Assembly: GCA_020060465.1 (NCBI GenBank)
Contig: JAGVAD010000005.1
Location: 46,003-110,002 of the forward strand
Length of the DNA stretch: 64,000 bases
Direction: 5' to 3'
DNA from: Anaerolineales bacterium
GTDB taxonomy: Bacteria > Chloroflexota > Anaerolineae > Anaerolineales > UBA4823
The notes under the pieces are model-generated. The model was not told where the DNA came from. It saw only the letters and a program-made list of their open reading frames with translations, and did not search any database. The position numbers and the translations under genes are program-made. Below are positions 10,801 to 16,861 of this stretch, one piece after another; the stretch's first letter is position 1, and the number at the start of each line of letters is the position of its first letter.

Positions 10801-11446
10801 CCTGTGAACGGCGCGCCTGGCGTTCCAGGCTGGCCAGGCGCGGCTTCAATTCAGCCAGGATATCCTGCACGCGTTCCAGGTTGCGACGTGTGGTATCCAG
10901 GCGACGCAGCGCTTCCTCGCGGCGAGAGCGGTGCAGCCCAATGCCGGCTGCTTCCTCAAAGAGGCGGCGTCTCTCGTCTGCTTTCAATGAGAGGGCGGCA
11001 TCCACCAGCCCCTGCCCAATGATGGTATAGGTGCGCTCGGCCAGGCCAGATTGGGCAAGCAGCTCCGAGACATCCCTCAATCGCACGCGTTGCCCGTTGA
11101 TTAAATACTCGTTGAGTCCATCGCGATATGCTCGACGGGTGATGGCCACTTCGCTGAAATCTATCGGCAGCCAGCCGTCGCTGTTATCGAAGGTGATTGT
11201 GGCTGAAGCCATTCCGGCGCGCGCCCGGCTTTCTGATCCGGCGAAAATCATATCTTCGGTCTTTTTACCGCGCAACAGGCTATAGGATTGTTCACCCAAC
11301 ACCCAGCGCAGGCTGTCCGCGATGTTCGACTTGCCGCTGCCGTTTGGCCCGACAATCGCCGTCACGGTTTCGGCAAACTCGAAAAGCGTGCGGTTGGCAA
11401 ACGTTTTATATCCGTGCAGTTCAAGCGATTTCAAACGCGTGGGCAT
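7832..11446 (-). CDS. smc: chromosome segregation protein SMC
   Basis: About 1200 aa. It has an N-terminal Walker A (GPNGSGKSNIADSLRWVLGEQS), long coiled coils, a hinge, and a C-terminal LSGGERSLTATALVFSLL...FCVLDEVDAMLD. The start may be 11446 (MPTRLKSLELHGYK) or 11467. Confidence 0.9.
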   Translation of the reverse strand: MPTRLKSLELHGYKTFANRTLFEFAETVTAIVGPNGSGKSNIADSLRWVLGEQSYSLLRGKKTEDMIFAGSESRARAGMASATITFDNSDGWLPIDFSEVAITRRAYRDGLNEYLINGQRVRLRDVSELLAQSGLAERTYTIIGQGLVDAALSLKADERRRLFEEAAGIGLHRSRREEALRRLDTTRRNLERVQDILAELKPRLASLERQARRSQEYEQLRADLQEMLREWYGYHWQVTQRELAEAQQLAQTQEARLEQARNEVAALEQRLAESRQRLSAAREQLSQWRKALSALHSQRELIQRDLAVSEERRHSLLIQKENTVGELARLAEELAYHQEQRLAGEAELERLQAELQEAQSQKDAVDRQLAARQEERSKIERMIAAQRQEIGQLNTRYGQAQAQLAENQAQSARAQKSLEAALQAQAKADEELRAAVKKLEQARQAVEKAAQARQAAEESAQAHKQQVEQADAARRQAQEQRSALAAELARIQAQLNVLHQAESALAGYAAGTQAILKAVHQQRLSGARGALSSFLEVPAELERAISAALGEYLDAVVLQDDLETALDILQREAGRGVLLPVNALRPLRQPLVLNSKDEGILGVASSLVAAPAELRPALELLLGQVLIVRDRDAARRALENQPGDVRAATLAGEVFHASGPITGGGGGEDGKQQTLLGRNRQQRQLTAESQRLEHELSLAVERLTTLEAELERLRRVGKQLEQAQEEALQEWQKAARAADQARLAVEAAERQMQWTKEQHQRLQSDFNRSQSEAERLTKEIGEIEDRLDSARRSLRQSNFKLEALSLDEIQTQIAHWSTRVAVAQSALANEQARRQERLSNLERVSRNQITLQERQKELEIALVTLEQQRAEWTQKADQIEAAVQELNARIEPAEMELRQLEAEQTELQRVETVARQALSFAEHNHAQARIALARRHEAMQSLQRRIEEDFGLVAFEYEGQVSGPTPLPLAGMVEQLPTIHKLSPDIEENIKRQRAQLRRLGAINPEAQIEYQEVKQRYQFLTDQVADLQRAEQDIRQVIAELDDLMEREFRRTFDSVADEFRQIFIRLFGGGSARLILTEPDDLTATGIEIQARLPGRREQGLALLSGGERSLTATALVFSLLKVSPTPFCVLDEVDAMLDEANVSRFRELLRELSQTTQFVIITHNRNTVQVADVIYGVTMGRDSASQVLSLKLDEVSQVVES

Positions 11447-11463
11447 AGAAAAAGAAGCCGCCA

Positions 11464-12255
11464 TCAATTGGGAGAATTTTGAGACGGATCATCCGCCCCA
11501 GGCGGTTTGGAAAGAGCGGCAGGCGCTTCAATTTCCTCTTGTTCAATGCGCTCCAGCGCAGCGCGGGCGGCTGCCTTGGCAGCAGCTTGTTTGCTGGGGC
11601 CTTCGCCGCGTCCGTAAATGCACCCGCCAATTTTCACTTCTACCTCGAAGGATTTCATATGCTCCGGGCCGCTGGTCAACACGGTCTGATAGACAGGCGG
11701 ACCAAAACCCATCGCCTGCACACGTTCTTGCAGCAGGCTTTTAGGATCCTGGTCGCTGTTGGTGATCAGGATTTCATTCACCGCATCGGCTAAAAGAGGT
11801 TCAATAAAGCGGGAAACCGCCTCCAAACCGCTATCCAGGTATAACGCTCCAACCACTGCTTCAAATGTCGCGCAGAGCAACGCTCGGCGCTGACGACCGC
11901 CGCCTTCACCTTCGCCGCGGCCCAGGCGCAACGCATTGCCAAAATGTAATTGATTGGCAAACTCGGCGAGTTGTTCGGTGCATACCAGCGCGGAGCGCAG
12001 GCGCGTCAGATCGCCCTCGCGCAATTCGGGAAATCTCTTATAGAGCCACGCGCCGACCAGAAAATCCAGCACTGCATCGCCCAAAAATTCCAAACGCTCG
12101 TTGTCTTCTAAGGTTTCATCGGGGTGTTCGTTTAGAAAAGAGCGATGGGTAAGCGCGCGAGTCAACAGCGAAATCCGGGTAAACTGCAAGTTCAGCCGAC
12201 GTGCAAATGCCTGTGGAGACTCGATCTCCATCGCGCCCTGAGTTGATCGCTTCAT
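11464..12255 (-). CDS. rnc: ribonuclease III
   Basis: It carries the signature ERLEFLGDAVLDFLVGAWLY and a C-terminal dsRBD (GPEHMKSFEVEVKIGG...GEGPSKQAAAKAAA). Confidence 0.9.
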   Translation of the reverse strand: MKRSTQGAMEIESPQAFARRLNLQFTRISLLTRALTHRSFLNEHPDETLEDNERLEFLGDAVLDFLVGAWLYKRFPELREGDLTRLRSALVCTEQLAEFANQLHFGNALRLGRGEGEGGGRQRRALLCATFEAVVGALYLDSGLEAVSRFIEPLLADAVNEILITNSDQDPKSLLQERVQAMGFGPPVYQTVLTSGPEHMKSFEVEVKIGGCIYGRGEGPSKQAAAKAAARAALERIEQEEIEAPAALSKPPGADDPSQNSPN

Positions 12256-12446
12256 GTAGCATTCCTCCTGAAGAACTCAGGGAACGCCAGCTACCCCACG
12301 GTCGTCGAGTGGCTGGCGATCCATCAGTTCTGAATTATGACGCTCTTCACTTCGATCAAGAACCAGGTCGCGTTGTCGCGCTGGGTCGCCTGATCGAATT
12401 ACCAGAAAGTATACCAGGAAATTTTCAGCCGCGGCCTGTCAATCCT

Positions 12447-13691
12447 CTAGCCGCCATAGGCGCGCACCACCAAAACGGAATTATGACCGCCAAATCCAAA
12501 GGCGTTGTTCAGCGCGACGCTGACTTTCACTTCACGCGCCTGGTTGGGGACATAATCCAGGTCGCAGCGCGGGTCGGGGGTTTGGTAATGGATGGTGGGA
12601 GGCAGGCAACCTTCACGCACCGCCTGCACACAGAAGATGGTCTCCAGCGCGCCGGTGGCGCCCATCATGTGACCCGTCATAGACTTGGTGGATGAGACTG
12701 GAATGTGGTACGCTTGTTCGCCCAGGGCGGCTTTGATCGCCCTGGTTTCAGAGATGTCGTTTAATTCGGTGGCGGTGCCGTGGGCGTTGATATAGCCCAC
12801 GTCTTCGGGGTTCAGATGGGCGGATGCCAGTGCATTGCGGATCGCCGCCGCACCGCCGGAACCGTCCTCCGCTGGGGCGGTGATGTGATAAGCGTCGGCA
12901 GTGGCGGCGTAGCCGGCCAGTTCGGCCAGGATCTCCGCCCCGCGGCGGCGGGCATGGCTTTCCCGCTCCAGCACCAGCACTGCTGCCCCTTCGCCCATCA
13001 CCAGCCCGTCGCGGTTCAGGTCGAAGGGCGCGGGGGTCATCGAATAATCCTCGTTGCGGCGCGACATCGCCCCCACTCGATCAAAGGTGGCCACGCCAAT
13101 CTCGGTGATCGTAGCCTCGCTGGCCCCGGCGATGGCAGCGTCTATCGCCCCCGCCTTGAGCATCATCCAGGCCATGCCAATGCCATCCACCCCCGACGCG
13201 CAGGCCGAAGCAACCGAAAGGCTGGGTCCCCGGAAGCCGTAATCAATGGACACCATGCCCGCCGCCCCATTGGACATCAGCATGGGGATGGCAAAAGGGC
13301 TGATGCGCCGCGGGCCCTCGTTGAGCAGGGTCAGCAAGCTGTCTTTGGTGGCGCTGATCCCGCCAATGGCTGATGAAATCACTACGCCCACACGCGCCGG
13401 GTCTATTCCATCCGCCTGCAAGCCAGATTGTTGAATGGCTTCGCGCGCTGCGGCAGCGGCAAACTGTTCAAAGCGGTCGCGGCGGCGCGCATCCTTGGCT
13501 TCCATGAAGTGTTCGGGCTGGAAGCCTTTCACTTCGCAAGCGATGTGAACCGCAAGGCGGCTGGAATCAAACAGGGTGATCGGTCCAACTCCAGAAACGC
13601 CGTTGACTGCACTACGCCAGCTCTCTGCCACGGACAGCCCCAACGGGTTGACAGTCCCCATGCCGGTAATGACAATGCGTTCTTCCACCAT
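12447..13691 (-). CDS. fabF: beta-ketoacyl-ACP synthase II
   Basis: RIVITGMGTVNPLG, active-site SACASG, HGTATELND and GFGGHNSVLV are present. The start is at ATG 13691, preceded by GGAGG. Confidence 0.9.
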   Translation of the reverse strand: MVEERIVITGMGTVNPLGLSVAESWRSAVNGVSGVGPITLFDSSRLAVHIACEVKGFQPEHFMEAKDARRRDRFEQFAAAAAREAIQQSGLQADGIDPARVGVVISSAIGGISATKDSLLTLLNEGPRRISPFAIPMLMSNGAAGMVSIDYGFRGPSLSVASACASGVDGIGMAWMMLKAGAIDAAIAGASEATITEIGVATFDRVGAMSRRNEDYSMTPAPFDLNRDGLVMGEGAAVLVLERESHARRRGAEILAELAGYAATADAYHITAPAEDGSGGAAAIRNALASAHLNPEDVGYINAHGTATELNDISETRAIKAALGEQAYHIPVSSTKSMTGHMMGATGALETIFCVQAVREGCLPPTIHYQTPDPRCDLDYVPNQAREVKVSVALNNAFGFGGHNSVLVVRAYGG

Positions 13692-13783
13692 GAAACCTCC
13701 AAGAGGATCTTCTTTTTCAGATGATCGCTTCAAGCAATCATTAAACCCCGTTTTCGGCGCTTGGTCGCGTCCGAGGCGCCGCT

Positions 13784-14878
13784 TCAGGCGGGCGCTTTCA
13801 AACCGGAACCGGTCAGCACAACCACAATGGGCTGCGGAAGTTGTTCAGCGAGTTGTTCCAGGGCGTTCCACACGATCGCCGAGGTGGGCTCCACATAAAA
13901 CCCCAGCCGAGCTAATTGTTCACGGCCTGGCAAAATATCCGCCTCCTCCACGGCGGTCAAAACACCTTGCTGCCCGGCGATCATTTGCATCACGGCGTCG
14001 CCGCGCACAGGCTGGCGCACGCGCACTCCCTCAGCCAGCGTTTCGCTTTCGGTCACCCAGCCCAGACCAGCCGCCCCATAACGATACAGCGCCCATAACG
14101 GAGCGCAAGCCATGGCCTGGACGCCGACCAGGCGCGGCAGGCGTTGGATCTGCTGGCTGCGCAACAAGCTCTCAAAGCCGCGCCCAAGAGAGAGCAGCAA
14201 ATTGCCCTGCCCCACCGGAAGGATCACTGCCCCCGGCGCAGCGCCAAGTTGTTCGACCAACTCGTATGCCAGGGTGGCATAGCCGGGAAGGACGTACGGC
14301 AGGTAGGCATGGCTGGCATAGACTGCGCCCTGCTCCACGGCGCGCAAAACCGCTTGAGCGGCGTTGGAGCGCGGTCCCAGGATGCGCACGACCTCCGCTC
14401 CATAAGCCTGGATCTGGCTGCGCTTGGGCGCGGAAGTTGCGTCGGGCGCAAACACCTTCGCCCGGATGCCAGCTACAGCGGCATAGGCAGCAAACGCCGC
14501 CCCGGCGTTGCCGGACGAATCTTCCACTGCGGCTTGCACGCCGCGCCAGTGCAGAAAGCTGATCAACGTCGCCGCCCCGCGATCTTTGTACGAACCGGTC
14601 GGGTTGAGGAATTCCAGTTTGAAAGCCACCTCTCTGCCGAAGACGTTGCGCCACACCAGCGGGGTATTCCCTTCGCCCAGGGTGATCTGCGGCGCGTCGG
14701 CGGGCAGCCCCAACGCGTGACGGTAGCGCCAGAGGCCAGGCTGGTTCTTTTCAACCTGAGCCGGATCGAAGGCGGGCATTTCGGCGAAATCGAACAACCC
14801 GCCGCAAGCCGGGCAGCGATGTGGAACACCCTGTTCGGGATAGGAACGGCGACAATTGGTACAACGGATTTCGGTCAA
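13784..14878 (-). CDS. thrC: threonine synthase-like PLP enzyme with N-terminal zinc ribbon
   Basis: It has a CTNC...CPACGG ribbon and the PLP-lysine motif FLNPTGSYKDRGAA. The first ~48 codons of the tracked ORF overlap moaE out of frame and are Arg-rich junk, so the start is assumed at the TTG at 14878 (uncertain). Confidence 0.7.
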   Translation of the reverse strand: MTEIRCTNCRRSYPEQGVPHRCPACGGLFDFAEMPAFDPAQVEKNQPGLWRYRHALGLPADAPQITLGEGNTPLVWRNVFGREVAFKLEFLNPTGSYKDRGAATLISFLHWRGVQAAVEDSSGNAGAAFAAYAAVAGIRAKVFAPDATSAPKRSQIQAYGAEVVRILGPRSNAAQAVLRAVEQGAVYASHAYLPYVLPGYATLAYELVEQLGAAPGAVILPVGQGNLLLSLGRGFESLLRSQQIQRLPRLVGVQAMACAPLWALYRYGAAGLGWVTESETLAEGVRVRQPVRGDAVMQMIAGQQGVLTAVEEADILPGREQLARLGFYVEPTSAIVWNALEQLAEQLPQPIVVVLTGSGLKAPA

Positions 14879-14915
14879 TGCCTGCTCAACCAGGAGAAAC
14901 GAGGGCTCAAAGGAG

Positions 14916-15626
14916 TCAATCCTGAGGGCTGGGGATGTAATCGCCCTCCACCCATTCCTCGCCCTGCGCCCCGACTTCCTTCTTCCACACCGGCACGATC
15001 TCTTTGAGGCGGTCAATGCCATAGCGCGCGGCTTCGAAGACTCCGGTGTCGCGGTGCGCTGCGGTGCAGGCGATCAGCACCGTCGGCGTGCCGGGGTGCA
15101 GTACGCCGATGCGCTGCACGATGGCGATGCCCTCCACGCTCGGCCAGCGGGCGCGGATTTCTTCCGCCACCTGGCGCATCTTGGCCTCCGCCATTGGCTG
15201 ATAGGCTTCGTATTCCAGGTAAAGGGTCTCGTGTGGTTGGTCGCGGCGGGTGACGCCGCGCACCATGCCGGTGAAGATGCAGGCCGCGCCGGTGGAGGGC
15301 AACGTGATGCGCGCCAGCAGATCATCCAGGTCGAGCGCCTCTTCGGTGATGGCGAAGAAGGTCGGGAATTCAGGCGGCGCGCCGCCGCTGACCGGTGGGA
15401 AGACTGCCGCCTCTGCCCCGGCGGGCAGCAGGTCGTCATCGAAGGCGAACTGGCGGTTGACCGAGACCAGCGCCGTATCCAGCGCCGGAGCCAAAGCGGG
15501 GTACTCCTCCCGCAAACGGCGCTTCAAATCGGCCACGCGCGCCTGATCGGGCATCTCCAGCGTTGCTTGTTTAGTGCCGGCGCGCTCGCGCAGGGTGGCG
15601 AAAAATAAGACAGTAATCTGGTTCAT
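14916..15626 (-). CDS. moaDE: molybdopterin synthase MoaD-MoaE fusion protein
   Basis: The N-terminal 82 aa are MoaD-like and end in FPPVSGG. This continues directly into a MoaE domain (ACIFTGMVR...LEYEAYQPMAE...PVWKKE). AGGTGG lies upstream of ATG 15626. Confidence 0.8.
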   Translation of the reverse strand: MNQITVLFFATLRERAGTKQATLEMPDQARVADLKRRLREEYPALAPALDTALVSVNRQFAFDDDLLPAGAEAAVFPPVSGGAPPEFPTFFAITEEALDLDDLLARITLPSTGAACIFTGMVRGVTRRDQPHETLYLEYEAYQPMAEAKMRQVAEEIRARWPSVEGIAIVQRIGVLHPGTPTVLIACTAAHRDTGVFEAARYGIDRLKEIVPVWKKEVGAQGEEWVEGDYIPSPQD

Positions 15627-15648
15627 ACACTGATCCACCTATAAAAGG

Positions 15649-16128
<480 letters not shown>

Positions 16129-16173
16129 GCGGAGAATTATAACAGGTGGATTTGCTCTACAGTAGCACTCTTG

Positions 16174-16574
16174 TGGCACAGGCTGAAGTCTGTGCTACCT
16201 GGTCACAGGCTAAAAGCCTGTGCTACTTGGTCACAGGCTGAAGCCTGTGCTACTTGGTCACAGGCTAAAAGCCTGTGCTGTGCTACCTGGTCACAGGCTA
16301 AAAGCCTGCGCTACTTGGTCACAGGCTAAAGCCTGCGCTACTTGGTCACAGGCTAAAGCCTGCGCTACTTGGTCACAGGCTAAAGCCTGCGCTACTTGGT
16401 CACAGGCTAAAGCCTGTGCGCTACTTGGTCACAGGCTAAAAGTCTGTGCTACTTGGTCACAGGCTAAAGCCTGCGCTACTTGGTCACAGGCTGAAGTCTG
16501 TGCTACCTGGTCACAGGCTAAAAGCCTGTGCTACCTGGTCACAGGCTAGTGGCACAGGCTTAAGCCTGTGCTAC
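16174..16574. repeat. tandem array of ~15 copies of a 27-28 bp hairpin unit (consensus TGGTCACAGGCTAAAGCCTGYGCTACY)
   Basis: Read directly from the sequence. There are 12 full TGGTCACAGG units of 27-33 bp, one truncated unit, and terminal TGGCACAGG variants, with no spacers. Each unit contains the palindrome CACAGGCT-(2-3 nt)-AGCCTGTG. Confidence 0.9.
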
Positions 16575-16619
16575 GCGAGTAGGGCGATTCGTTCGTCAGC
16601 AGCAGTAGCGAGATCAGGC
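16575..16619 (-). pseudogene. relic of the cysW 3' end next to repeat array 1
   Basis: Both array ends read GCCTGTGCTACGCG. The stretch CAGCAGCAG(TAG)CGAGATCAGGC at 16597-16619 matches cysW 20492-20511 (20 nt, one 3-nt insertion) at a similar distance from the array. Confidence 0.5.
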
Positions 16620-16642
16620 TTTATTTCCCAGGTGCAAGGCAT

Positions 16643-16753
16643 TTGCGCCACGGACGGGTTGCTGCGCTTGCCGCGTGCTGCTTGCTTGAAAGCCGCATAC
16701 AGATTGATGAAAGAGGTGATTTGAGGATAGAGGTTGTCGAAGCGTTTGGTCAT
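16643..16753 (-). pseudogene. N-terminal remnant (~37-45 codons) of a DGR/group-II-type reverse transcriptase
   Basis: MTKRFDNLYPQITSFINLYAAFKQAARGKRSNPSVAQ matches the conserved RT N-terminus pattern (K/R-R-x-x-N-L-[YFW]-x-x-I-x-S-[FW]-x-N-L-x-x-A-[FY]-x-x-A-x-[KR]-G-K-R). The reading frame then runs into the cysW relic and array, and no RT motifs 1-7 are present. Confidence 0.6.
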
Positions 16754-16791
16754 GCACACCAGCCGAAGAAAAAACCTGCCGCGTTTAACCG

Positions 16792-16812
16792 CTGGGGGGC
16801 GCAGCCCCCCAG
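16792..16812 (-). other. GC-rich hairpin (9-bp stem, 3-nt loop) between the VR-bearing gene and the RT remnant
   Basis: CTGGGGGGC-TGC-GCCCCCCAG on the minus strand has a perfect stem. A T-run (GGTTTTTTCTT) lies ~17 nt further downstream. Confidence 0.5.
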
Positions 16813-16861
16813 ACCCCCCTCAGAAACCAGACTCCAGCCGCCAGCAGCCAGAAACCAGCAT

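Noticed and set aside
13576-15007. Long plus-strand ORFs (328 aa and 287 aa) antisense to thrC and moaE
   Set aside because: These are typical GC-rich antisense shadow ORFs, Arg/Pro/Ala-rich and without motifs. The opposite strand encodes well-supported proteins. The same reasoning applies to many other tracked antisense ORFs, for example 5073-5876, 43052-43723 and 59269-59859.
16129-16173. Moco riboswitch upstream of moaC
   Set aside because: Only ~45 nt separate moaC from the repeat array, and they do not resemble the Moco motif. The rest of the upstream region is the hairpin array.
16174-16574. Possible CRISPR array
   Set aside because: The repeat units abut each other with no unique spacers, the period is only 27-28 bp, and no cas genes are nearby. 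This is a tandem palindromic minisatellite, not a CRISPR array.
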